From an uncultured virus (IMG/VR IMGVR_UViG_3300011813_000035) (lineage: Duplodnaviria; Heunggongvirae; Uroviricota; Caudoviricetes): a stretch of 64,000 bases of DNA. This document shows positions 51,051-60,660 of this stretch, piece after piece. Numbering within the stretch: position 1 is the stretch's first letter; each line of letters begins with the position of its first letter. A program made the position numbers and the translations under genes. The notes under the pieces were generated by a model. It saw only the letters and a list, made by a program, of their open reading frames with translations. It made no database searches and was not told the DNA's origin. Location of the stretch: the IMG/VR virus record IMGVR_UViG_3300011813_000035, positions 1 through 64,000 of that record; one strand, given 5' to 3'.

Positions 51051-51125
51051 ACTGAGTATGAGTGATTTGAACACTCGACCTCCTGATCTCAAAACAGGCG
51101 CTCTACCTAGCTGAGCTAATATCAG
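51051..51125 (-). tRNA. degenerate tRNA with Pro-type body and TGA anticodon (possible pseudo-tRNA)
   Basis: D-arm GCTC-AGCTAGGTA-GAGC, anticodon arm CCTGT-TTTGAGA-TCAGG, T-arm GAGTG-TTCAAAT-CACTC; bulged acceptor stem; no encoded CCA. Confidence 0.65.
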
Positions 51126-51202
51126 TAAAGAAGCCAATTATAGCACCGCCAGAGTTGGCTTTGTTATAATTGGCATAGAGTAGAAAATATGAAATATGAA
51201 AC

Positions 51203-51520
51203 TTAGTGTTCTATTTTATGTAATTCTCTAATTTTTTTTCTAAAATCATCAGTAAATGTAGATGTTAAGCTAAGAAAATGTTCTGTATTTTGTAATTTTA
51301 AGTTTGACTTTGATTCCTCTGGTGATAAGTATCTTGAACTTACTTTTAATCCCGGAAAAAGTTTGAGTTCTATAGGGTTATTACTTTCACTAAACTTATC
51401 CTTCACCACATCACCCAACGAATTGAGTACTTTTATGACTTCGGATGTTGAATAATTAATTTTATCTGTTATTTCTTTGGCTACATCATTTTGATTATAA
51501 TATATTTTTTCTTGTTGTAT
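51203..51520 (-). CDS. divergent HU/IHF-like protein (ATA start)
   Basis: 'QNDVAKEITDKINYSTSEVIKVLNSLGDVVK...IELKLFPGLKV'; frame open to ATA after SD GGGGAGG. Confidence 0.55.
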   Translation of the reverse strand: MQQEKIYYNQNDVAKEITDKINYSTSEVIKVLNSLGDVVKDKFSESNNPIELKLFPGLKVSSRYLSPEESKSNLKLQNTEHFLSLTSTFTDDFRKKIRELHKIEH

Positions 51521-51649
51521 TGTAATACCTCCCCTGATATAATAGATAATATCTTAGATTTTACAATGGAATAGGGTAGTATTCATTAAGGATAATAGTT
51601 AGAAAGCTACCCCTTCCTATGTAACTTAAATTTCGCCCTCATATGAAGC

Positions 51650-54523
51650 CTATAAATCAATGTTGATTTCCGAATTCACCTCTTTTTTTGTAATTTTATA
51701 TCCAATATTAAATAAACTTATATCAGATCCACGTTCTTCAATCTGAATGATTTTATTTTTGGATTGAATGATTGCTTTATTAAAACTTGCATTCCCACAT
51801 AAGAATAATATTTCTAATAATATATTTTTAATTTGTGTGTTTTCTTTGTCTTCAATAGAAGATAGCAATCTGTATATTGTAGAAAATCCCATTGTTTCAC
51901 TTTCGATATCTGCAATTAATCGCTCTCTTAATACAAGTGCCCTTTGATTTTTATCTTCTTTTGTAAAGGTCTCAGAACTAAATATATTTTTTCTTTCATT
52001 GTTATATCTATTCAAAATACTATAAATCCTATTTATTTGTTGCTGGTTTACGCCAGAAGTTCTGAATAATGAGTTGTCTAATATAGAAACAAATGGCAAC
52101 CAATCTTTCTTATATGGGTTCTTAATTCGAAAACCATTAATGATTGTTTGTACGTAATCCATAGAAGTGTGATATTTACAGTAATGTTTTTTATTTGGGT
52201 TATAATATCCTTTTTGTCTTGAAATATGAGAAAAGAAGTGTGGCATTTTTTTTCTTCCCTTGATTAATTCACCATTTTCATCAGAATCAAATTCTCTAAC
52301 GTCGTTATCATATTTTTGACGAAGCTTATCTAGTTCCTTGCTATTGTCAATATCAAACTCTTTTTTTGCTTTGTCTATTTCAATTCCCGACATAACGTCC
52401 AATTGGCAAACATCATAATATAATTCTTTTATGTCATTGTATCTGGCGCCACTATACATTTTATTCCACAATAAGGAATTTAACTCTTGCGAGAGATTTA
52501 CAATCTCCCCTATCTTGTTTACTGAGGTTTTTATATCAAGATCTGCAAGTTGTTCAGGCGTGTAATATCTCTTAACCTTACGGGCTGACACAAACGAAGT
52601 AGGGGTTTTAAATAAATTATAATTCCTTTTTGCGGCTCTTATTAGAAGTTCATTATCTGTAAGCATAACTGTATCACTATCAAAATCAGCACCCGATAAT
52701 CGCTGCAATACGTTCTCGCCTATTGAGTTAATGCAAACTATTTCGTTGGTTAAATTAACATAACAGTCTATTAATATGTTTTCCGTATTATGTGGTAACC
52801 AAATATTCCCGATTGTAACGTGAGGACTGCGACTAGCCAATAGAGTTTTATTGTATTTGAAACGTGTACTATGTATTTTACCGATTCCAATTTGACTTTT
52901 ACCTTTAAATTTGCCAATCGATTGTAGCAGCATCTCTATTGGGTTACCAAGAAGAGTAGAGTAGTTTCCGTGAACATATACATGACCATTTTTTAAGTTT
53001 TTGTAGTATGATCTAAGTAGATCAGTTAAAAATTCTTGATAATATTTCGTTTTTACAAAGTTTTCATTTATGCATAAAAAATTGTATACCACATCGTTTT
53101 TAGTACATATAGGCTTACTTAGTGGATCTAATTCATCTATATCGGGATATTTAATATAGTGACGTACAACTTCTGGTCTATCTCTTAACATTTGAGCAAA
53201 GTCTAAAGACTCCTGTAAAAACTCACGAACTTCATCTTTTGACATCTGAAGAGTATTTATAAGCTGATAGTGAGTCTGGACTAAGCGACCTCCAAAAAAA
53301 TGAGTCTTTTTATCGTGCTTAACAATGCCAAAGTTGGGATATAAATTATTAAGCCAGTTATCCCACGTATTAAATTTAAGATACTTAATGCTGCTTGGAG
53401 TAGTAATAAGTTTTACATCTTCAATTTTCGCAGCTCTAGTTTTACCATTTAATTGCGACACATCGGTAATATTATTATCTTTGAACCATTGTTGAATATT
53501 ACAATTAAAGCAACAAGACTTAAACATAAGATTTCGTAGAAGAACCATTCCGTACTCCGAGTATTCTGCGAAGAGTGAAATGTCCATAAGAGACTGTCCA
53601 TCCCAAATGGTATTTGTAATATCGCATTTTTTTTCTGTAGTTCTCAGCCAACCATTCTCGTCGTGAGTTTCAATCACATCATCTTTGAAAACACTATCAT
53701 AATCGTCTATCATTAGTATATTTTCAGGTTTAATTGGGAGAGTGCCTACAATACTACTAGATGGGAGCGCAATATATCCCTCATATGCTGCTAGATCAAT
53801 TTCTTGTCCATATTTTAAGTCAATGCCACTAGAGCTAAATTTAAGGAGTGGATTGAATAGAGTTTCGTTTATAAAGAGACATTTACCAACGCGGGCAGAT
53901 CCGGTAGATCTTTTCATTCGACAATAATTAATTCCATTACAAATAAACCCGTTTTTGTACAAATCATTTCTGAGTTGCGCGTTTGTTAATATGGTCTTTG
54001 GTTCACCTTGTTTTACATATTGTGTCTGAATCTCTTTAATAGCACTTTTGTCTTTTTTATCAGGTATATTTACTTCGTTGCTTTTAAATGGTTTCGGTAA
54101 ATCTATAGCGTGTATTACTTTTCCATTAATCTGAATACCGACTATTTCACCATTTGAATTTTTAGCAATACAATCTTCAAACTCCAATTTCCTGTAATCG
54201 TATCCAAACTTTACAAAAGTATTCTTATTCATTTGATTCCAATCCTTTATAGAATACTTAAATGTAAGGTTAATTACATTCACAGAATATTTATGCTTTT
54301 TAATAGTAAAATAAAAATCATTCTTTCTGTATTTCTTATAATATATATCCAGTAATTCGATCATATCCAAACTATAATCAAGTGAATTAATGAATTTACG
54401 TAAATTATATTGTCCATCTTTGAGTTTTAAATTATATCCCTCTGTATTTTTATCAATATAGTGTGCCGATAGATAAATATCTTTTGCGTCAATTGAAGGT
54501 ATGTAAATTCCAGCATTAACCAA
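51650..54523 (-). CDS. yonO: single-subunit phage RNA polymerase, SPbeta YonO-like
   Basis: 957 aa with 'RSPH', 'RLSGADFDSD' (DxDxD) and 'IDKAK' motifs; heads the late gene cluster. Confidence 0.85.
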   Translation of the reverse strand: MVNAGIYIPSIDAKDIYLSAHYIDKNTEGYNLKLKDGQYNLRKFINSLDYSLDMIELLDIYYKKYRKNDFYFTIKKHKYSVNVINLTFKYSIKDWNQMNKNTFVKFGYDYRKLEFEDCIAKNSNGEIVGIQINGKVIHAIDLPKPFKSNEVNIPDKKDKSAIKEIQTQYVKQGEPKTILTNAQLRNDLYKNGFICNGINYCRMKRSTGSARVGKCLFINETLFNPLLKFSSSGIDLKYGQEIDLAAYEGYIALPSSSIVGTLPIKPENILMIDDYDSVFKDDVIETHDENGWLRTTEKKCDITNTIWDGQSLMDISLFAEYSEYGMVLLRNLMFKSCCFNCNIQQWFKDNNITDVSQLNGKTRAAKIEDVKLITTPSSIKYLKFNTWDNWLNNLYPNFGIVKHDKKTHFFGGRLVQTHYQLINTLQMSKDEVREFLQESLDFAQMLRDRPEVVRHYIKYPDIDELDPLSKPICTKNDVVYNFLCINENFVKTKYYQEFLTDLLRSYYKNLKNGHVYVHGNYSTLLGNPIEMLLQSIGKFKGKSQIGIGKIHSTRFKYNKTLLASRSPHVTIGNIWLPHNTENILIDCYVNLTNEIVCINSIGENVLQRLSGADFDSDTVMLTDNELLIRAAKRNYNLFKTPTSFVSARKVKRYYTPEQLADLDIKTSVNKIGEIVNLSQELNSLLWNKMYSGARYNDIKELYYDVCQLDVMSGIEIDKAKKEFDIDNSKELDKLRQKYDNDVREFDSDENGELIKGRKKMPHFFSHISRQKGYYNPNKKHYCKYHTSMDYVQTIINGFRIKNPYKKDWLPFVSILDNSLFRTSGVNQQQINRIYSILNRYNNERKNIFSSETFTKEDKNQRALVLRERLIADIESETMGFSTIYRLLSSIEDKENTQIKNILLEILFLCGNASFNKAIIQSKNKIIQIEERGSDISLFNIGYKITKKEVNSEINIDL

Positions 54524-54534
54524 TTGGCTTCTCC

Positions 54535-54738
54535 TTATCCTAACAAATTATCCCAAAATTCCTCTTCAGAATCGTATCCTCCATAATCAATACTCTCTGC
54601 AAAAGTTTGATTAGATACAATGACGGCTTTCGTATAACATTCTTCAATTTCATTACATTTCTGGCAATTGTCCACTGGACAAGTATCCTCTCTCATACAC
54701 TCTGACTCGATAATATCCAACATATATTTTTTGTCCAT
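54535..54738 (-). CDS. small Cys-rich hypothetical protein
   Basis: 'GGYDSEEEFWDNL' motif. Confidence 0.55.
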   Translation of the reverse strand: MDKKYMLDIIESECMREDTCPVDNCQKCNEIEECYTKAVIVSNQTFAESIDYGGYDSEEEFWDNLLG

Positions 54739-54773
54739 AATTTCTCCTTTCATAAACCATTTGGAATTTATAC

Positions 54774-55079
54774 TTATCTATAATCAACAAAACTTACTGG
54801 TACTTTGCAGTCATCGCCTTCAGCCATCCTATATATCTTGTAAGAGCTGTATCCATCAATCAGCTCAAAATTCTTATTCAATACAATCATGCTTTCACAA
54901 TATCCATTTTGGTGATAAAACTGCCATTTTCTCTTGTATTTCTCTTGTTTAATCCTCGACTGTTTGAATTGTGGAGTAATATGAATATCACTCAACTTAA
55001 CCCAGTACTCGTAACCAGGCTCATATTTACCTATTAACCTCTTTGCAAATCTAACCAATCCCTTAATCATTTGTTTCAT
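54774..55079 (-). CDS. ParB-like small protein
   Basis: 'VKLSDIHI...LIDGYSSY' ParB/Srx-like motif. Confidence 0.5.
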   Translation of the reverse strand: MKQMIKGLVRFAKRLIGKYEPGYEYWVKLSDIHITPQFKQSRIKQEKYKRKWQFYHQNGYCESMIVLNKNFELIDGYSSYKIYRMAEGDDCKVPVSFVDYR

Positions 55080-55407
55080 TTCTCACTTTCTCCAAAATGT
55101 CGAAACCTTTATCAAAACATCTCAGCTCATACTCATACCTGTCTATGTATTTCTTGAAAAAACCGTCAGCAAGTAGATCTGTGACATGCTGTGCCATATC
55201 TCGCTTAATAGATTTCATATCAGATTCCATTTCTATATTGGCAACATCTTCAATCAGATCCCATTTACTCACTGTATTTTCATGAAGTAGGAGAGTAGTG
55301 TAGTATTTCTTTTTATCGTTATTCCAATTAGCCATTGCTACGACTTTATATCCATTCTCTAAATCCACCTCTACTACATTGTTTGACAAGATCTTATATC
55401 TAAGCAT
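55063..55407 (-). CDS. hypothetical protein
   Basis: 114-aa ORF in operon. Confidence 0.6.
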   Translation of the reverse strand: MLRYKILSNNVVEVDLENGYKVVAMANWNNDKKKYYTTLLLHENTVSKWDLIEDVANIEMESDMKSIKRDMAQHVTDLLADGFFKKYIDRYEYELRCFDKGFDILEKVRNETND

Positions 55408-55623
55408 TTAATTATCCTCCATTGTTATATTCAAATTTTTCTGTTTTTCTCTATTCTCGTTATTGCTTATGCACTCCCTGTCGAATTTCATATCCGATAT
55501 AATTTTATTTGTAATATCGCTCATAGTTGAAAAACCTCGATATTCTGTATTAAAACTTTCTACATTGATAGCACCCCCGTATGTTGTATGTTTTCTGTTT
55601 GAATATGTATTTGTTCCTGTCAT
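55408..55623 (-). CDS. hypothetical protein
   Basis: 71 aa with SD AAGGAG. Confidence 0.55.
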   Translation of the reverse strand: MTGTNTYSNRKHTTYGGAINVESFNTEYRGFSTMSDITNKIISDMKFDRECISNNENREKQKNLNITMEDN

Positions 55624-55739
55624 GTGAGTTATAATTCTCCTTTTCCATATTTAATTTAGTATTTATTGTTGATATCATCTAAAGCCGACTTTCTAGTGAA
55701 CCATTGATTGATTTGGTCACATCCAATAATTCTCTGTTC

Positions 55740-56570
55740 TTATAACAGATATTTGGATTTTTCCTGAGTTGTATTTCCTCCCTTCTTCTTATCAAAAACA
55801 TCTACTCGATATAACTCCAACATCTTCTGAAAAGCCCACTCAATTTCGGACTTATAACCCTCCTTATTTAACACATAAATATTTGGTGCATTTTTAGGAG
55901 GTTGATCTTTATTTGGCTGTATACTACCTACTTCTCTTTTCATTAGAAGAGCATTGCGGTTGTCGCTTGAGCCAATAAGGTATTCAATGCAGCTCATAAT
56001 AGTATCTTTAGACATTGCAAGTTCTTTTGACATTTTTTCAATACTTCCAAAGAATGCCTCTGGCTTATCTGAAGGATTCTGAGTTTTTTCACTTCCATCG
56101 TCATTCCTCGGTCTACATCTGATATAAGAGGTAATATAAAGAAAGGCCATAAGTAAACATTCTCTATTTAAAGAAGATTCGTTCATCATAATCACATGAA
56201 ACTGTTCTGATGTAAGTTTTGTAAAATAGTCCGCATGGTCGAAGTTATTTGAGATTATCTTAATTTCAATGCCAGTTTCATAGTTCACTGAATTTAGATC
56301 TTGCTTAACCTCTATCATTTCATTGTTAATCATATATTCGAGAACATCTAACACCTCTCCAAATGCTTTTGGTTTGTTCTTATGTGTTTTATAACCATAA
56401 AAATCTAGAACCTTTCGAATAGTGATCCAACTATAATTCTCTATAGACCTATACTTGTCTATTAGGATATATACAATGTAGAACTTTCGACTAACTCCAA
56501 ATTTCGTTCTTATATTTCCTTGAATATACTTGTTTGGGAATCGTGTAAAATACTCAGTATTGTTTTTCAT
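55740..56570 (-). CDS. putative replication initiator / winged-HTH protein
   Basis: 'AFFGSIEKMSKELAMSKDTIMSCIEYL...PNIY' HTH pattern of phage Rep proteins. Confidence 0.5.
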   Translation of the reverse strand: MKNNTEYFTRFPNKYIQGNIRTKFGVSRKFYIVYILIDKYRSIENYSWITIRKVLDFYGYKTHKNKPKAFGEVLDVLEYMINNEMIEVKQDLNSVNYETGIEIKIISNNFDHADYFTKLTSEQFHVIMMNESSLNRECLLMAFLYITSYIRCRPRNDDGSEKTQNPSDKPEAFFGSIEKMSKELAMSKDTIMSCIEYLIGSSDNRNALLMKREVGSIQPNKDQPPKNAPNIYVLNKEGYKSEIEWAFQKMLELYRVDVFDKKKGGNTTQEKSKYLL

Positions 56571-56822
56571 TTTTCTTCTTGTCCTTTCATATAAAAACAT
56601 CTTCACCGTTCAGCAAAGAGGAATATTTTCACATGATATTTGCAATTTTTGAAATTTCCATGTGACAAAAGTCATGTTTACTGAACAGGAGTAATATAAA
56701 ACATTATTAAATAAGACAGACATTATTGCTTCGCATTATATTTCGTGTTTTGGTTGTAGTTTTGGATTGTTTACTAATTATCATTTAAGTGTGCATTTGG
56801 GTACATGATCTATATTCTCTGA

Positions 56823-57053
56823 TTATCTTGGCTTCTTCTTAACTTTGTAACAACCTCTGGCCTTTTGTAATCTGGTCTTAGTGGCATATACAACTAATCC
56901 ATCTTTAGAATATGTAACCCTATCAATATGGTAATCTGACCAATTACTATGCCACGTATCACCCGGCTTTAGAGTTGCATTTTTTGATAAAATGAGATCA
57001 TGCGATTGATACTGATATTGCTGCTGTGGTAGATCTCTGATGTAAAGTTTCAT
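56823..57053 (-). CDS. hypothetical protein
   Basis: 76 aa with SD AAGGAGG. Confidence 0.55.
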   Translation of the reverse strand: MKLYIRDLPQQQYQYQSHDLILSKNATLKPGDTWHSNWSDYHIDRVTYSKDGLVVYATKTRLQKARGCYKVKKKPR

Positions 57054-57511
57054 CTTGATTTCCTCCTTATTGGATATTTCATATTGTGATTAAGTGGCCA
57101 ATGGTTAGTTCTCCATTTCAGAAACGATTCTTTGCAGATTAATAGTGATTCTACCGCCTTACACAATCGGAACCGATTGTTTCAGTTGCTTGATTTCCAT
57201 GCTACGCATGTCATCCAATATCCTGTTTCTTATAAATATCAAAAGTATATTGCCTGTAATAATGATGGGAGAGGTGGTATGATATGTAATTCTCTATTTA
57301 GATGTAAAATGTACCCCCCACAGTACCTATGCGATGATTAACCAGTGGGAATATTTCTATTAAAGTAGAGAGTTTTAGGGATTTGAATGAGTTAGGTGAT
57401 AGATAGGTAGGAGAGAGTATAATTGATTTGGAGTGGTAAAAACGTAAGTTTGAGCAAATAAAAATAGGTAAGCACATTTGCCTACCTATTCCTTTATTAT
57501 TATTATTATTA

Positions 57512-58615
57512 TTATTTTAAGACAACTCTCATCATATCAACAAAACCAGATATGTCAGTAAAATAATTTGGATACGCTGCTTTTAGGGCATCAAATGATG
57601 TTGCAGATACCAATACTACGTCTAAATCTGGATTATTAAGACTTTCAATTTTATTATACACATTAGTTGCAAGTTCAACTTGACTTTTTGAGAATGAATT
57701 TACTTTTAATAATTTTTTGCCATAGTTAAGCTGTAAAACGTAGTATCCATTTCTTTTAAGGTCTGCATTTTTATTTACATGATTAATGGCAACAGATAAC
57801 GCACTTAATCTTGATACAATATTGTGCCTTTCATCTATCTCTTTTATTTCGTGTATAAGTTCATATAGATTATTTGTAGTGTTGGGTGTTACTGGCATAT
57901 TTTCCATAGTAGAAAAAACTGAAGACACCAATACAAAAAATCTCAATATATCTTTATTACCGATACTAGCTTTCAACTGAGATTTTGTATATATTCCCAT
58001 CATTTCTACGGCTGTTGCCCACATATGTTGTAGTTTCGTTCTGAATTGAACTTCGATAAGCATGTTTTTATTATAAGTTTCTTTTGTATCGCTATGGAAT
58101 TGATACACTATATGATAAGAGCGGTATCCTGACTCCTTGGGGGTAACAATATAATCATTTTCTCGTTTGAGTACATGACGAATACGAGAATTTTTGTACT
58201 TATTTAATGTGTCATACACCTGCTCAATGGTATCGACAATTACTCTACAACCTCCCAAATCTTGCATTCTATACAAGTTCATATCTGGAAATCTTTCAAG
58301 TTTCCCAATAATGGATTCCAGTCTTTTTAATCGTTGGACAACAATTGCATTTGGATTACGTAATCTTAAATTACTGGATATAATCTGTAGAGGATATGCA
58401 TGTGAGGATCTCCAATTGTTAAGAACCTCTAAAGCAGCGTGTCTTTCTTCTGCTAGTATATTGGGATTTGCTACAGTGCTTCCAGCTTTGTTGATTTCAG
58501 ATTTTGCATATTCGGGTATTTCCCACTTCTCTTGTGGTATTTGATTATTCATAGAAAGCTCCCATTCTTTCGTGAGATTTTCTACTATTATATCATAGAT
58601 GTCTTTTTGATTCAT
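57512..58615 (-). CDS. capRel: RelA/SpoT synthetase fused to C-terminal antitoxin-like domain (CapRel-like)
   Basis: 'QRLKRLESII.KL', 'MQDLGGCR', 'SGYRSYH', 'EVQFRTKLQHMWATAVE', C-terminal 'AAYPNYFTD' YxxY motif. Confidence 0.8.
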   Translation of the reverse strand: MNQKDIYDIIVENLTKEWELSMNNQIPQEKWEIPEYAKSEINKAGSTVANPNILAEERHAALEVLNNWRSSHAYPLQIISSNLRLRNPNAIVVQRLKRLESIIGKLERFPDMNLYRMQDLGGCRVIVDTIEQVYDTLNKYKNSRIRHVLKRENDYIVTPKESGYRSYHIVYQFHSDTKETYNKNMLIEVQFRTKLQHMWATAVEMMGIYTKSQLKASIGNKDILRFFVLVSSVFSTMENMPVTPNTTNNLYELIHEIKEIDERHNIVSRLSALSVAINHVNKNADLKRNGYYVLQLNYGKKLLKVNSFSKSQVELATNVYNKIESLNNPDLDVVLVSATSFDALKAAYPNYFTDISGFVDMMRVVLK

Positions 58616-59468
58616 TATAAATCCTCCCTTTGTTTCTATTATGATTTGGTAAAACAAAATTATGTGCATCCATGATATATTTCTCTGTTCTGAAAGTGGA
58701 TTTTATAGTTCTATATGCATTGGGAGTAATATAAAATGGATTCAAATGTAAATATTCTAATAACTTGACACTATTAGAGAGTGAATTTTATATAGCTAAT
58801 TTTAAGTCACTTCGAGAGAGTGGTATTTTTGTGTTGCGTAATTATGGGATATGTAATGATTTATAGGGGATATATGAGATTTTGGTGAGTGAAAGATAGA
58901 TGATCAAATGTGTTGATTTGGGTAAAATCGAGGAGAGTTCGGGAAAGGGTAGGATTTATAGGGATTTCTAGCGATTGAGAGGGGTAATTTGAGTGTTTTG
59001 AGTTTGAAATGAATTAACTGACAACTTTTTAAGGCTTATTTAATAGGGATAATTGAGAATTGGCTCGAAGTAGCTACCGAAGTGATTTGACTAATTGTTT
59101 AGGAATGAGATTCAATTTTCAACTTTATGTGTGGATGGAACTGATAGGGACTTTTGAGATTACAATAATGATTGCTAAAATGTAAACCTAGCCCCCGTCT
59201 ATGAAAGTACCATAATACTATACTATTACGGTGTCTTTAGTTGGTAAATGTACATATTACCAACTAGATTGAATGTGCTCATGGGTGAGTATGGGACATG
59301 GGTAGACGTTGGTATATTGTAGTTATGACGTAATATTTGATTCAGGTGTAATCATCAGTTTAATTGTGTACACAATTATAGTTCGGATTTTAATGAGTGA
59401 CTACTCAATGAAAACAAATACTATACGATACGTTTAGTTTATATATAGCATTCCCTAATCCATCATAT

Positions 59469-59510
59469 TTATCCACAACACACCATTCATTTATCCACAA
59501 GTTATCCACA
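59469..59510 (+). promoter_or_regulatory. cluster of three perfect DnaA boxes (TTATCCACA)
   Basis: Exact matches at 59469-59477, 59491-59499 and 59502-59510. Confidence 0.85.
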
Positions 59511-59586
59511 TAATGTTTATAACTATAAATAATATATGACACACATAAAATTAGCTTGTCTTATTATACTTGTCCATTTAACCATT

Positions 59587-59811
59587 CTAGTCTTTCCGTT
59601 TAATATCAATGTGCAATTCACACCCAACGGCATTACACAATGCTACTAGTGTATTAAGGGTAATATTTCCGGTTTGACCATTCAACAAATTGCTTACGGT
59701 TTGTTTACTCTTTCCCATACTTTTTGCAATCTCTGTATTGTTTATTTCGTAGTCGATTTTTATATGCTCAATCACTTTCATAATATCATTTATGTTACCT
59801 TCATATTTCAT
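59587..59811 (-). CDS. XRE HTH repressor
   Basis: 'NTEIAKSMGKSKQTVSNLLNG...ITLNTLVALCNAVGC'. Confidence 0.8.
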   Translation of the reverse strand: MKYEGNINDIMKVIEHIKIDYEINNTEIAKSMGKSKQTVSNLLNGQTGNITLNTLVALCNAVGCELHIDIKRKD

Positions 59812-59845
59812 TTTATCATTCCTCACATATTCATAAATAGTATTG

Positions 59846-59965
59846 ATTATACAATACATTTCACTATATGTCAATATACACAAATATATAACAATATAAA
59901 TACGAATCCTTGTATACTATTATATAGATAAAAGTATTGTAATAACAGTATAAATATGCTATAAT
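59846..59965. promoter_or_regulatory. divergent sigma70 promoters
   Basis: Minus strand TTGACA-N17-TATAAT at 59874-59846; plus strand TTGTAA-N17-TATAAT at 59937-59965. Confidence 0.75.
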
Positions 59966-60036
59966 AAGTTATAAGATAAAGGTAAGGAAACGAAACAAGC
60001 CGATATCTTAAATAAAGGAAAGGGGAAACCTACATA

Positions 60037-60180
60037 ATGGGTAAGGGTAATAAAAAGCCCAAACTCAAAAGCGATAAAGTTAAATTGCTAGTAGCATATG
60101 CAAGCGTTGTTACCGCAACGGCAAGTTTACTAAAAGTAATACTAGACTTTATCATACAGCTTTTGAGTTTGAGACACTAG
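60037..60180 (+). CDS. small hydrophobic peptide, 47 aa
   Basis: MGKGNKKPKLKSDKVKLLVAYASVVTATASLLKVILDFIIQLLSLRH; SD upstream. Confidence 0.55.
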   Translation: MGKGNKKPKLKSDKVKLLVAYASVVTATASLLKVILDFIIQLLSLRH

Positions 60181-60240
60181 ACTCCTAATGTGGTTTGTGG
60201 GATAATTACCCACCGCCACATCTCCATTATAAAATAAAAT

Positions 60241-60366
60241 ATGAGAAAAGTAAACCTGATATTCATAATGGCAGCAATTGTGTTTGTAATTGTATCTCAA
60301 GATCTTGTTTCTCTTTTCCTTTTAGTACTGAGCTTAACTAATTGGTTTATTAATAGAGAAGAATAA
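60241..60366 (+). CDS. small membrane peptide, 41 aa
   Basis: MRKVNLIFIMAAIVFVIVSQDLVSLFLLVLSLTNWFINREE. Confidence 0.45.
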   Translation: MRKVNLIFIMAAIVFVIVSQDLVSLFLLVLSLTNWFINREE

Positions 60367-60408
60367 AGCGGTACGCGATTACGAGTCAATCGAAAGGTGG
60401 TTTTAGTC

Positions 60409-60567
60409 ATGAAAAAATCAGAAAATGTAATGACACTTGACGAATTGTTAGACTCGTCAGAGAATTTACTTATGAATAACTTAAAGCATGAACCACAAAT
60501 GCAAAAACAGAATCATAGTATTAGCTTAGCAGATACTGGCAGGCAGCCAGAACACATGTATTATTAA
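60409..60567 (+). CDS. small hypothetical protein, 52 aa
   Basis: SD AAAGGTGG; MKKSENVMTLDELL... Confidence 0.5.
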   Translation: MKKSENVMTLDELLDSSENLLMNNLKHEPQMQKQNHSISLADTGRQPEHMYY

Positions 60568-60660
60568 CCATAAAATAACACGCAAGCCTAAACGACACGC
60601 GTTACAGTCAGGTGCAAGTCCTGGCAAGGCTATTCAAAATTTAATAAGGAGGTATCTATT

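Noticed and set aside
57494..57516. (TTA)n microsatellite
   Set aside because: Short AT-rich run after a stop codon, beside a terminator; no sign of function
57306..59195. AAAATGTA..CCCCC motifs at about 57306 and 59177 as packaging ends
   Set aside because: Similarity is too short to support without read-end data
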